Of a DNA stretch of 64,000 bases, positions 12,891 to 26,620 are shown one piece after another. The notes beneath the pieces were generated by a model. That model worked only from the letters and a program-made list of their open reading frames with translations, made no database searches and had not been told where the DNA came from. The stretch's first letter is position 1. Each line of letters opens with the position of its first letter. A program made the position numbers and the translations under genes. Source of the stretch: the human T2T-CHM13v2.0 reference genome, Homo sapiens; the NCBI RefSeq assembly GCF_009914755.1, contig NC_060925.1; one strand, given 5' to 3'.

Positions 12891-15800
12891 GGTGAGAAGT
12901 GGGGCTGGAACCCGAAGAGCCTTGAATGCTGGGCCGAGGAACTTCACTCTTCATACTGGTAACAATGGGGGGCTGTAAGACAGAGCTGTAAGCAGGGGAG
13001 GGCATGGTAGGCTTGGAATTTAGAAGCAACCTCTTGACCATCTGCAGAGAATGGGTTATTTAGATGTGGGCCTCGGCGAGGGCTTCCCCGGGGAAGGGGC
13101 CTTTCCGCTGGGCCAGAAGGGGGGCATTTCCAGCGTGGACTTCCTGCAACCATTGCCCCCCACACCTGTGGCTGCCCTTTCCTCCCACTTGGGCCTTCCC
13201 TACAAGGCAGGGGGTGGTAGAGACAGAAGCAGTGCTTTCTGGGAGTTTAGGTTGCCTAGGCAGGGGTGGGGCTGAGGGACAGGAGGTGGTGGGTGAGGGT
13301 GGGGAGATGCCTCTCTCCTTTCCTCTCCCTCATGAATAGACTCACGCTTGGCCTCCCGATCTCACCATTTCCACCTTTTCCTGCCTCCTTGGACTCCCAC
13401 CCCGAGCTAAGGCTGGGGTCCACAATGTTGGGCCTTATGAGGCCACTCCCAGGATTCCCACCCTGCCCCTAGTGCTTATGGAGAGGCAGCCAGAGTTGGC
13501 AGCCTCCGCTGTGACACCAGCTTGCTGTGTGGCCCTGGGGGAGCCTCTGCCCCTCTCTGAGCTTCAATTTCCCCACTCATAGCGCAGTTCCAATCTCATG
13601 GGACTATCACAAAGATTCCAGGGCACTTGGCTCAGTACCTGGGCTCAGCACCTGCTAGTTATTATCAAGGCTAAGACGCACGAGTCACTGATAATTGTTA
13701 CTCAGGATAACTATTGTTAGGTGAATGAAAGAAATGAGCTGCCAGGTAAAGATCATGCTACTGGCCTGGCAGGATGGGCTGTGGTGGGAGGATGGAGGTT
13801 TGGGGCCTGTTGTGAGTTCAGCGAAAATATAATAGGAGGAAAATAGCAACATTTACTAGCCACCTGTGCAATTTGGGGCAATTTCCTCACCTCTTTGAAA
13901 ATCAGTGTTTTGTAGAGGGTGGATGATGGTAAGGCCCTCTCAGGGGACTGTGCGCACTGAAAGAGATAATGCACTTGAAGGGCCTGTGCTCAATAAATGG
14001 TAACTAACATCTTTTTTATTAGGACCAAGCACCCACCAGTGTCCTATGGGTCTTGAACCTTCGGATCTTCCCACCTGTCAGTGTGGTTCCCACTTGGCGG
14101 GAGAGGAGACCAAGGCTCAGAGAAGTGAAGTGCTGTGCCCCAGGTCACACAGCAGGCTGAGGCCAGGGCAAGATGAGGGGGATGTGGGGTAGCAAACCCT
14201 AAAAACGAGCTACTGACCACTCCTGCCTGTCTCCACTCTCAGGCTTGACTTTTACATTCTCCATGCCACTCACAGGGACCCTTAGTCTGTTCCCACGCCC
14301 TGTGGACTGCCCTCCTGCCCCACTGGGCTGCTGATGCCCTGAGTCTGGAAAGCTCCCCAGCCTAGGAGAGATAAGGGCTGCCTTGCCCAGGTTCCTGGGT
14401 AGCGCCTGCCTGCGGCCCCTTTGATCTCAGACCAGATGGTCCTACCAGCCCAGCTGCTGGAGGAGCCAGGCCTCAGTGATAGGGGCCGGCCCTGGGTGGG
14501 GCCGGGCCTGGTATCAGCCACCTGGAGGGAGCACCTCCTGCAGTCACCATGGCAACGGGCGCCCATGCCTGCAAACAGGAAGCTGCTCCTGGGCTGGTGG
14601 TGGGATCGGCAGGCGTGGTAGAGACCCAGACTCTTTAATCTTCTAGAGGAAGAGGTCCAGGGGGCAGGGCCTGGTGTGGGCCACCAATCTCCTGTCTCCC
14701 TGGAGAGTGTAGGGGTGAGGCAGAGCAGGGATGACCCCCGAACTACACAGTTGCCCAGGTCCTGACTGAGGTTAGACTGTGGGAAGAACTTCCCCAGGCA
14801 GCTCGGGCTCCGCAGCCTAAGGGGCTGGGCAGACTCCTTTCCTAGGATGCATCCAAGTGGGACATCCAAGCCAGGCTGTGGTCCCCTGCTGTCCCAAGAG
14901 GGTGGCAGCGCCAGGTCAAGGCAGCTGGTGACTCAGTGACCAGGGCTTCACAGCACTCCAAAGAGCCTCCTGACATGCCGAGGGGCCGTGGGAGCCTTGT
15001 TCATGGCTGGGTAGCCTTAAGCGAATCACTGTTTTCTCATGTGCCCAGTGGGAATGCAGACTGTTCTTCGTAGGGCTGGAGAGGAGCTCATGGGAGCATC
15101 TGGGTGATGCTCAGGACTCAGGCAGCTTCACATTTGGTGTCCCTCTGCAGCCCTGACCCTAGAGTGCAGCAACACCCCTACCCCAGCAGCCGTGCAGTCC
15201 AGGGGACGAGGGGCTGCCAGGTCGAGGGAAAGCCCCCGCTAGATGCCAGGCCCTGGAGCCGGCCACCTGCCCTGCTGCCTCTCGTGGCATCCTTCCAGCA
15301 GCCCTGAAAGGCGGGGCCCATGCTCCTCATTTTACAAACCAGGAAACGGAGGCTGGTGGGCTTCAGGAGCTCTCACTGTGTCTTGGACTTTCTGATATAA
15401 CTCTGTGGGTCCTGGGATTTCAGGCGGAAGCTCAGCCCGGTTTGTGTAGAAGAACTTGGGGACTTAGAGAGAAAATCATTCCCTTGGTGGCCCTGTTGGT
15501 CTTGGGCAGCCAGAACAGGGGCAGGGACACGGGGGACATTGGGGTCCCCTTAGACCTCGCACCTGTCCTGCTCCATCCTTCTCTGTTGGCTGGGCGAGCT
15601 GGAGCAAGTGGGGCCAAATCATGGGAGCCATCCTCCTCCACCGAGTCCTTCCTTCAGTCCTCGACATGGAGCTTCTAGAATGTGCCAGGCTCTTCACTGG
15701 GTGGTGGTGGTGGGGCGGGGGTGTCCAGAGACAAAAATGATACAGTTGTGCTTTGGAGAACAGTGTGTGTGTGCATGTGTGTGTGTACACACGCGCTTGT

Positions 15801-17054
15801 GCAGATAGAGGGATGTAAGAGTGGTGTGGGCAGTGTGCCGATGATCACAGTGGTGCTGGCACCATACAGGAGGATGGTGCTGCGGGGGAGGGTGGTGGTC
15901 TTGAAGTTAGTGGCGGTGGTCTTAGGGATGGTGCTGGTGACAGTGGTGCTGGTGACAGTAAAGACGTGTGAGACAGCAGCAGCCCTCCCTCTCTCGACCC
16001 TGAGGGCCACAACCAGCCCCCACCTGGCCATGGCAGCTCCTTCTAGGCCCCACCTCTTCCTTCTGGGGTCAGCCCTTCTGAGGCCTCAGTGAGCCCAGGC
16101 TCCTAGGAACAGCAGGCCAGAGAGGGTACATGTCTGGCTCAAGGCAGAAGCAAGGGAGAGATGGATCCAGGTGCCTCGTCCAGACCTCTGCATTACCCTC
16201 CCCCAACCCCTTTTTCACATTCTATAAGCATTTCCTGGGCCTGTGCTCGGGGTCAGGCCCTGCACTGGCATCTGCACTAGGTATTGGCGGCATCACTGTG
16301 CCTCCTGCTCTCAGAGACCTCCATCTAGACAGGAGGGAGACACTCAGCCAGGCCAGGATAACACAGAGACCAGGACGGGCAGAGGGCGGTGGCAGCCCCA
16401 GCCTAGAAGTGGCAAGGACATCGGACTGAGGCTTTGAAGGATGTGGAGGAGTTTACTCACTGGGGAAGTAAGCGCAGACGGCCCTGCAAGTGGAAAGGCC
16501 TGGAGGTTTGAAAGGTGGCATGTTTTCGGGAAACAGAGGCTGGAGTCGGGCTGGAAGAGGCTGAAAAAGAGAGTGGGGTGGGGCCAGGTCGCTGTTGCAG
16601 CACAGGCAACTTAGAGGCTGTCCCACCCTGACGGGCATCCCCTCTGCTCCCTAGCCCCCACCCCCATACCAAACCCCTCCTGGGAATCACAGTACCACCC
16701 CTCCCCCCAAATAACTGGAATTGTTTGAAAATACCCAGCAAGAATTCAGCTCAGCAGGTTATACTGGTCAGGGGAAGCAGCTGATTGGGGGTCTGGGGGT
16801 GGGGGAGGACTCAGTGGGACTTCCTGGGAGAAGGTGAGAGGTCCTGACCTTAGGCCAGGGCCAGCGCCCCTGTGAGCACTGATCCAGGAGCAGATTACAA
16901 GGGAGACTGGAGCCAAATCCGCTTTGAAAAAGAGCTGGTGGAGTTTAACTCCCGCTCAGTGAGGTCACCTGGAAAAGCTCCTTCCCTGCCTGGGAGCCGG
17001 GTGTAGAGTTGGGGTGAGGGGGATGTGGGGCCAGAGCAGAGTTCTGGTAAGGAG

Positions 17055-17057
<3 letters not shown>

Positions 17058-17106
<49 letters not shown>

Positions 17107-17330
17107 CAGGGTGTATGTGCATGTATGTGTATATTTGGGGATGCATGTATGAGGACGTATGTGTATATCTGGGGATGTGCATGTGTGTGTGTATTTGTGT
17201 GTGAGCGTATCTGTGTGGTGTGCGTCTGTGTTTGTTAGTAGATAGTGCATTTGTGTCTCTGCCTGTTGGCCTCGCGATTCATCCATGGTTACCGTACTGA
17301 CACCTGTGTGTGTGTGCGTGTGTGTGTCGT
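17058..17330. repeat. (TG)22 followed by CGCGC and a degenerate TG-rich tract
   Basis: Directly visible. Confidence 0.95.
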
Positions 17331-17451
17331 GTCCACCCCTGCACACACATGCACACTTCTGCGCAGCTTTTTCATGTCTGCTTCCATACATTTCCCTTTC
17401 CTGCTTCTCTCCACCCTTCCTTCCCAATCCTCAGCCCCACCACTATGCCAA

Positions 17452-18110
17452 CATTCCTTCATTCATTCCTTCAAAAAATGTTTCTCGAGGGTCTGCTTTG
17501 TGCCAGGCACTGTTCTAGGCTCCAAGCATGAACGGGAGATAAGAAGGCGGGAGAGGCTTCTACTTTCATAGAAGCGTGTGTCCTCTGTGATGAGGTAGAC
17601 ATTAAACAGACAAGCCATTAGTAATATGGCACATAGTGACGCATGCTAGGGAACGAAATTCAGCAGCGTGAGGGGAAAAGGAGGGCTGTGTTACATGGCC
17701 TCTCAGGGAGGGCCACTGAGAAGATACCTGAGCAGAGACCTGAAGGATGAGAGGCTGGAGATGTCATTCTCTGGAGGCAGGGTGCCCAGGCTGAGGACGC
17801 AGCTAGTCAAAGGTCCCTAGGTGGGAGCATGCTTGGGGGGTTCTAGGGACGGCAAAGGGGCCAGTGTGGCTGGAGTGGACAGGTGAGGGGGAGGGTGGGA
17901 GGAGAGGAGTCAGCAGAGCCTCTGTGTCACCCAGGGGCCTGGGGGGCCTCCTGGGGGCTTTGGTTTTTGCTCTGAGTGACCGTGGTGGTTGTGGGAGTCA
18001 CTGCAGGACTCAGCAGGAATTCTGGATAGTAAGTGGGAGGTGGGGGACCAGTGAGGAGGCTGTCGCCAGAACCCACTGAGACGTGGTGGTGGCTTGGGAA
18101 CAGAGGGCAG
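17452..18110 (-). mobile_element. L2 LINE 3' fragment
   Basis: CATTCATTCC...TGTGCCAGGCACTGTTCTAGGC...GAGCAGAGACCTGAAGGATGAG (reverse L2 3' end). Confidence 0.8.
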
Positions 18111-18399
18111 AGCAGGGGAGGCGGGGGAGGCCCCATCTCAGATAAGTTGAGTGGGACGTCAGGGATTTGATGACCCAAGCCTGGAGTGGAAGATGTAAAC
18201 CTGGGGGCCATTAGCAGTCCAGGGGCATGAGCCCAGTTCCCCTGGGAGCCACATCGCTCATTTGCTTGGCTGTGTGGCTTCTTGTGTGTGCAAAGCTTCA
18301 ACGCCCCTCCCCTCTAGAGCCTTAGGAGAGGCCCCAGGGGTCAGCTGAGGTGGGGCCGAGCCGAACTAAGGGGCAGTGCCAGCAGTTGATTCAGGGCAC

Positions 18400-18590
18400 C
18401 TGGGTGTTGGCATCAGACAGACCTTGGCTTGCATCTTCCTGTGACCTTGGACAAGTTCTTAACCACCCTGAGCCCCATCGTCTCATCTGTAAAGTGGAGA
18501 TAATAGGAGTATCTCCCAGGCGGGCTGCTTGTGAGGGTTGAATGAGATGGTGCCTGTGTGGGACTGAGATGACACACAGCCCCCTTATTA
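18400..18590 (+). mobile_element. MIR SINE (inverted MIR follows at ~18650-18780)
   Basis: GTGACCTTGGACAAGTTCTTAACC...CTCATCTGTAAAGTGGAGATAATAG. Confidence 0.85.
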
Positions 18591-18970
18591 TTCATATTGA
18601 CCATGAGCTATGGTGGCCCCTGGCAGGGCTTAGGAGAGGGGTATTTACTATGTGCCTGGTCCCTCTACGGTTGATAAACTTGATAAACGGGGAACCTGGA
18701 GCTCATCAAAGAGGCCAAGTGACTTGCCCAAGGCCACAAGGAAAGGGTGAAGCTGTCATTGGAACTGACTTCTAACCATGCTCCCCACAGCTTCAAGCTG
18801 CCGCTGCACAGGAAGCTCCAGGTAGGCGGAAGGAGTTGGGGTCTGAAGACTGACTCACCTGTCCAGGAACCTCTGCCCAGGGGTGTAAGGACTGCCGTGG
18901 TGCAGCCTCATGGCATCCCCCATTCCCCCTGCAACAGGGCCCTGGGTGTTCATTTCAATCCGATTTTTCT

Positions 18971-19076
18971 TTTCTTTTTTTTTTTTTTTTTGAGATGGAG
19001 TCTTGCTCTGTCACCCAGGCTGGAGTGCAGTGGCGCCATCTTGGCTCATGGCAAGCTCCGCCTCCCGGTTCAAGCA
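18971..19076 (-). mobile_element. Severely 5'-truncated AluY-type insertion
   Basis: Poly(T) plus right-arm end with GCAAGCTCCGCCTCCCGG; 16-bp TSD TCAATCCGATTTTTCT / TCAGTCCAATTTTTCT. Confidence 0.9.
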
Positions 19077-19288
19077 TCAGTCCAATTTTTCTAAAGCAAA
19101 TGTTGGCTTCTGGGGAGAAGGTGTGGCCGGACAATTTCCAGGAGCACATGGCCCTAGGCATACTGACCCTTTGAGATGGCCTTAGTTTGGGCAGGGATGC
19201 TGCAGGTGGTCAAAGCTGGACCTCCCGCCCAATGGAAGGTGTTGGGTGGCTGGCCCCCAGCTGTGTGGCGTGTGCATCGCTGGGCCTG

Positions 19289-19357
19289 AGTGTGTGCGTG
19301 TGTGTGTGCATGTGTGTGTGTGCATGCGTGTGTGTGCATGCGTGTGTGTGTGTGTGC
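19289..19357. repeat. Interrupted (TG)n microsatellite
   Basis: Directly visible. Confidence 0.9.
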
Positions 19358-20933
19358 GTTGTTGGGGTGGGAGTGGGAAGTCAGACCTGTGTGGCAAAAA
19401 CCTGAGTCTAGTGGAAGGCCTCCCCTGCCCCTACCCACCCTCCTCCCTGGCCGAGGGGGCTGAACCGTGGCTGGAGGGAGCCACGTCAGGCTGGGATCTC
19501 CGAGGGGTCCTTGAACCACATCTGAGCTCTGGGAAGGCTCCCCGGTGCATGGAAAGCAGAGAGGGAGGCTCCGTGGTGATTTACAGGCACCTCCTTTTGA
19601 TCGTCTCGCTCCCTTGGAGAGATCCCTCCTCCGCACCTGGGGGCTGCAGGGGAGGGGGGGCGCAGGGGGTTCTCAGCTGGCCCAGGGCAGCAGGGTCTGG
19701 TGTCCCTGGGATACAGGAAGCTTCCTTCTCTCTGGCATGGCCTTGCTGGTACCTGGCTGCTTGTGCATATCACTGAGCAACCCAGCTCCTGTCCAGCGGG
19801 GCGGGGTCCAGAGCACACCCCTGGCGCTCGGGGCTGGGCCTGCCTCCCCACACCTGGCTCTGCTTCCATTCTTCCAGGGACAATGCGACTGTTTCACTGG
19901 CCTTGTCTTCTGCCTAGACCCACGGGGTTTATTCTTCCTGCCTCCCTGCCTGACATTCCTGGACTCCACTCCAGGCGTTTGAAAGCCCTGGATGTCCCAA
20001 CAATTTCAATTTTTTTCCCTGGTCCTAAGGGGCCAAGAAGCCCAGCTTTCAGGCAGGGTCTAGGCATGGCCTATGGGGTGGTCAGCAGTGGGCAGGTGCA
20101 GATGCAAAGGAGGGCAGAGGTTGCTGAGGCTGTGGATGGCCTTGTGACAGGTCCCGAAAGGGCACCTGAGCTAGGACGCCCAGGCGGGACTGCGAGGGAG
20201 GTGGCCACTCTGGGGCAGGGTGGGGACAGCCCTCAGGACTCCTCGGGCCTGAACGTCTTTGGGAGGAACTCTAGCATGTCCAGGGCAGGGCGGGGGTGCC
20301 TGGGAAAGCGGAGTGAGGGAGCCCCCGGCAGGCTTGTGTCAAGGCAGGGACAGGTGCCTTCCTCAGGGCCCAAGTGACTGGTTTTACCTCCTCTCTCACC
20401 GTCAAGTCCATGGGTGGGAGTGGAGGCGGAGGAAGTAGGGGATGAGCAGGGGAGTTGCCAGACCAGAGACAGCTTGAACCCAGAGTCCACTGACGGGTTG
20501 TGGGGCTGAGAAAGGAGAGACGGGGATAGGAACAGCACGGAGTGCCAGCAGGAGGCCAGAGTGGCAGGGACAGGAGTGGAGTGACCTTGGGGGTGATGGG
20601 GTGGAGCTGTGTGCTGGGCGCCCTGTCTATCCACCCCACCATCTGGGGCCTCAGGGGCCCGGGGCCACCATCTGATTGTGGTCCTGGTCATTGCTTTCAC
20701 CCCTCCTTGCCCCTCTCTCATCTCCTGCCCAAAGCCTTCTTCCTCCACAGAGCTTAAGGTTTACTTATTGAAATTAGCCCGTCTTTTTCTTCATGGCTTC
20801 TGGGTTTTGTAACACGCTGAGGAAGGGCTTCCCTACCCAAGATTCTGAAAATGTTTCCTTTTAGCGCTCACCGTTCTCTTCTCTTCTTTCTGTCCTCTGC
20901 CTGTTCCTGCCCCACTTCCCATGATTATCATGC

Positions 20934-21244
<311 letters not shown>

Positions 21245-22051
21245 TGTTTGTGGGATTACAGGCATGAGCCATCTGTTTGTTGTTTCTCATCTCCCACTGG
21301 CAGAGAGGTTCCTTGAATATGCCCAGCACTTAGATAGTGCGTGGTGTATGGGAGGTGAGCAATACATCATATTGCATGTGGGACCAGGATGTGTGCCCAG
21401 GTCCCAGACCCAAGACGGAGAAGGTGTTTAGCAGAGAAATTGTTCTGTGGCTGTGCAAATTGAGGCTGATAGCAGCAATCCCAGAACGCATCTGTTGAGT
21501 ACTTACCTGTACATTCAGGTAAATCACCTGCCCCAGCCCAGTCTCCTGCTCCCTCCCCGAACATTCTCCCCTTACCTGTCCAGGGGCCTCTGCTCCAAGT
21601 GGGCGGGCCTCCTCTAGCCTGGAGTCCCTTCTGTCACCTCTCCTCACAGCCCACACACTCCCCCATAGCTCCCCACTAATCTCTCTCCTCCCTAACTAGG
21701 GGTGGATGCAGGAACGTTGGCATCCATTCAGCAAAGGCCTGTTGGGTTCTAGTGGTGCTCAGAGCTGGGGTGCAGTGATGGGGGAGCCATGTTCCCTCCA
21801 GAGCTTCACAGAAGGCAGGCGACATACTCCACTCTTCCCACCATAACTACCATCCAGCCCACTGAAGACCACCATGAGGGTAAGGGTCCTCTATCCGGGA
21901 TGCTGGCTGGACATCCTCTCTGGAAAGATGCAGTTTTATTTCTCACAACTCACATGTCATTGGTCCCAAAATTATTGCTTATGAATTCACTTGTATAGAA
22001 GTAGCCATTAATTTTCATTATAATTGGTGGAGAGAAGCGGCAGGGTTTCTA

Positions 22052-22450
<399 letters not shown>

Positions 22451-23540
22451 TCATCACGCTAATAAAATGAAACGTTCCTGAAGTAACATCAGGGCTCATG
22501 GTTTCACCAGTTGTTCCGTGGCCGTGCAAATTGAGGCTGATAACTGTGAACCCAGAACACATTTGTCCAGCAATTACTGGTGCTTACAGGGGTGCAGAGG
22601 CAGACCCCACGGCACTGGGACCCTTCGGATGTGGGCTGAGGAGAAGGCATCAAAGAAGGCATCAAAGACTCCCAGATGTCTGGCCTGCACACTGGGGGAT
22701 GGGGGGCAGTGGTGGTGACAAATCAAAGCCGGAGAAAAGGCCCAGTGACAGTGCAGAGAGACAAAGATGAGAGCTGCTGCGTGGCTTTGCCCAATTCACA
22801 GCCTCTCTCCGAGCCTCAGTGTTTTCATCCGTCAAATGGGATTCAGAATCTCTACCTCAAAGCACCTCTGAGAGTGAGAGCATGCATTGAAAAGTTCATA
22901 GTGACATCTGCTTAAGACACACGATTTGAGTACGTTCTGCCTGACTTAAATGGAATGAGTGTGGGACCCACCCTTAGACACCAGGCACAGAAGTGGTCAC
23001 TAATTCAGGTGGCTGGGTGATTTTGCTTTTATAAGAAGCAGCCTTGAAATGTTCTTGGTGATACAGTCAGGTCCCCAGAGGGCCTAGACCCTCCCTGCTG
23101 GGGACAAAGACCCCCACTGGACTGGTGGACACCCAAAGCCCTTTAGGCCAGCACCACAGTGGTCCCTGCTAAGCGGCCCAGTGGGGAGTGCCTCTCACAA
23201 AGGGCAGCCATGCACGGCAAGGGTTAATGTCAGTGTTAGGAAATGGAAAATTGGCCCAGGCTTCAGGGGGAGTGAGAGGCTCAGAGACGTGGGGTCTTCA
23301 CTTACACTGAAACCAAATGCAGCCTTGTCAGTGGCAGTTGGGGATAAAAACGAAGCTGCTTGTGGCCTGGGGTTGGCCAGGGGAACAAATGGTTCCAGGC
23401 TCCTCGTCCTCAAGTGGAAACAAAAGGAATCAACTTTTAATGATTTCCGCAGTGGTGGCAGGATTTTCCTCCCAGAGGAGAGTTTGAAGGTGTCCCCAGT
23501 CCCTCCAGTAGAGCTGTAACATCCTCTCAGGCCGGATGCC

Positions 23541-24012
23541 TTACTCGTTCATTCACTCACTTCTTTACTCATTTGTTCACTCAGGTTCATTCACTCACTT
23601 ATTCACTAATTTATTCACCATCATTCATTCATTCACTCATTCATTCACGCATTCATTTGTTCATTTATTCACTAATTTACTCATTCATTCATCCATTCAC
23701 TCATTCATTCATTTATTCACTCACCACTCCTTCATTCGCTCATTTACTCACTCGTTCACTAATTTCTTCATTCACTACCATTCATTCATTCACTCATTCA
23801 TTCATGCATTCACTTGTTCATTTATTCACTAATTCACACATTCATTCATCCATCCATTCACTTACTCATTTGTTCACTCATTCACTTTTTTTATTTACTC
23901 ACCACTCATTCATTCACTCATTCACTTCATTTGTTTACTTATTTATTCACTCACCACTCCTTCACTCACTCACTCACTTATTCATTCATTTATTTACTTG
24001 TCATTTATTCAC
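23541..24012. repeat. Degenerate (CATT/CACT)n array, probably an expanded L2 tail
   Basis: Directly visible; followed by reverse L2-like sequence at ~24080-24400. Confidence 0.92.
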
Positions 24013-25449
24013 TTTAGTTAGAAAGAATCAGCAAAAAAAAAAAAACAAAACAAAAACAAAAACCAAAAAGAACATAGACAAATAAAGCTAGAATAAATTG
24101 CCTAAGTGTTATGAGGAAACCAACCAGGGGCTGAGGTGGCAAAGAGCAAGGACTCTGCTTTGGAGGAGGCAGTCAGGAAAGTGTTTGTGGGGTGACAGCC
24201 ACACTGAGCCCTCCATGAGAAGAGGGGAGGGGTGGGGATTCCAGGCAGAGGAGGAGCACGGGCCCATCCCTATGTCTGAGAGATGCCCTGGCTGGAGTGA
24301 AGCCACGGAGGACGGGGTGGTGGGAGTGAGGCTGGGGAGTGGAGCTTGGGCTGGGCCTGCAGGAGGGGAGGAGGCTGGAGGATGGATAGGGCAGGGTCAG
24401 GGTGAACGAAACAACTCACTCCTTTCCTCCCACCTGGGGAGGCCCCAGAGCCAGCCCTTTCCTTGGGTCCTGCGTAGGGCAGGGCAGGTCCACCTGGAAC
24501 TTCTGTCTCAACCCCCAGACACACCAAACAGGACCCTCCAGCCTGCCCAGGTGCAAGACCCTGCTGGGCCTGGGTGAGGTGAGATGCACCAGTGCCAGCT
24601 CCAATCTGCCCTTGCCAAATGCTCTTCCAAATTGGCTCCGTGAAACCAGAACCGTGAAATCCCGTCAGGATAGCTGGAGGTAAGCACAGCGGTGGAAGGA
24701 TTTAGACCACGTCGAAACGGCTCATGGACAAGAGGGTGAGAACCCGTGGACTCCTGGGCAAAGGCACCATCGGGAACATTAAGAAAGCAATCCCACCTCA
24801 AACCCACAACCAAAATATTTTATAAGAACCCTCCCTTCCCCCCCCACTCTCTTTTTGTCAAGTAAAGGATACACACGGCCTTTCTACTTGTAACCTGGCC
24901 AAGAATAATTTGTGGCAGGAAAGTTTGAGCATTTGTCAAAATAAAATAAAAATGTAAAAAAAAAAATTGCGAGCACTTGAGTGTACATTTGTGTGAAACT
25001 AAACAGAGGGAAAGTTATTTAGGTGGTAAAATGTCTCTGCGTTTCCCTCCTGCCCCCTGTCCCCTGACACACGGCCCCCCTCCCCAAGTGTTGAAAATGT
25101 GATTGTTCGGGTATTTGTTTTGTTAATCTCCCACCAGGGCTGAGGGGCTGCAGGCTGGGTTTCTTCTTGTTCACGCAGGGCCCTGGCTGCCAAACAAGTT
25201 TCCCCCCACCTAGCCCAGGGCCAGGGACTGGTGCACCTGTTCCCTGCCCGTCTAGGGAAACGGTGGGGTTGGGGGAGTAAGTTTTTGTCCTTTCAGCAAA
25301 GGTAGCTTTGCCCCACCTGAGACCCCAGCTCCTTGAGGATACTTAATATGAGAACTCACCTCCCTATCACCCCCTGAAGCCATGGGTTCTGGCCTACACC
25401 CCTGGGTGGTGCTGAGGCCTGAGGGGAGTGCCAGGCTCCAGGTGAGGTC

Positions 25450-26620
25450 TGGCATAGTGGTTAAGAGAACCAGGCAGAGGAATCATCCAGACCTGGGTTT
25501 GAAGCTGATGCAGCCATTTGCTGATTGGATGAGTGACTTCACTTCTCTATGACCCAGTTTCTCATCTGTAAATGGAGTCAAAGATAGTAGCTACTTTGCA
25601 GCATAGTTGGAAGGGTTGAAGTGACTCACATGGGGGAAGGGATTAAGACACTCCTGGGCACATAGTGGCTATTTAATAAACTTGAGTGCCTACTATTGAT
25701 GGGCTTTAAGCAGCATTGGAGGCTTCAAGAGGATGGTATTTTGCTTCTCTGTGACTCAATTTCCCCCTCTGTAAAATGGGGATAATGGCTTGGCCCCCTT
25801 CATAGTGTTGTTTAGGAAGATTGAGTGAAATGAGCAAAATCCTCAGGCAAGCGAGAGGCACATGGTATGTGCTTATTAAGCATTAGCTGTAGTATTGTCA
25901 CGTCTTTGCTCTATCCTGTCATACAATTTCCTTTTGAGTCAACAAAGAAGGAAGGAAACAAGTGTTCATGGGCAGCTGCCATTGGCCAGGCCTGGCACGA
26001 GATGCTTTTCCATGAGTGACCTTGCCGTCTGTCCCTAGTGCGTTCCCACACAGACCTTGGTCTCCTTTTGCAGGTGAAGAAACTGAGGTTTGGGCAACTC
26101 AGCAGGTTAATGGCAGAGCTAGGAGGAGAGCCCAGGCTTTTCTGATTTGGATTCAGGAGATTCCTTTTAGGGCTGAGTCCTGCATGGGCCGGACCAGACC
26201 AGAAGGAGGGGGTAGATGGCGGTGCTGATAATGATGATGATGGTGATGATGATGGGTGCTGGGCGGGTGCTATGTGAAGTTTGTTACATATGTGATCACA
26301 CTGGGCTCTCCCTACAATCTTATGAGGTAGATTAATCATCTCCATTAGACAGATAAGGAAACTGAGGTTCAGGAAGACCCTGAGCATTTGCCTTGACTGC
26401 TCTGTGCTACCAGCAAGGAACCCAGGGCTTGGCACCTAGCACATCATTGATGCTTAATACCCAGCTGTTCCTATTTCCTTTATCTTGCCCTCACCCTTTT
26501 CCCTAGAGGGGTCGGACCATGAGAGCTAAAAGGCCCAAGCCAAAGCCCAACTCACTCATTTAACAGATAGGGAAATTGAGTCCAAGGTCAGGGGAGGATC
26601 TTGACTAAATCAGGCAGAGA
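25450..26620. mobile_element. Cluster of about five MIR fragments (+ ~25450-25700, + ~25745-25890, - ~26050-26160, - ~26270-26400, - ~26550-26620)
   Basis: Repeated CAGTTTCTCATCTGTAAA / ACAGATAAGGAAACTGAGG cores. Confidence 0.85.
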
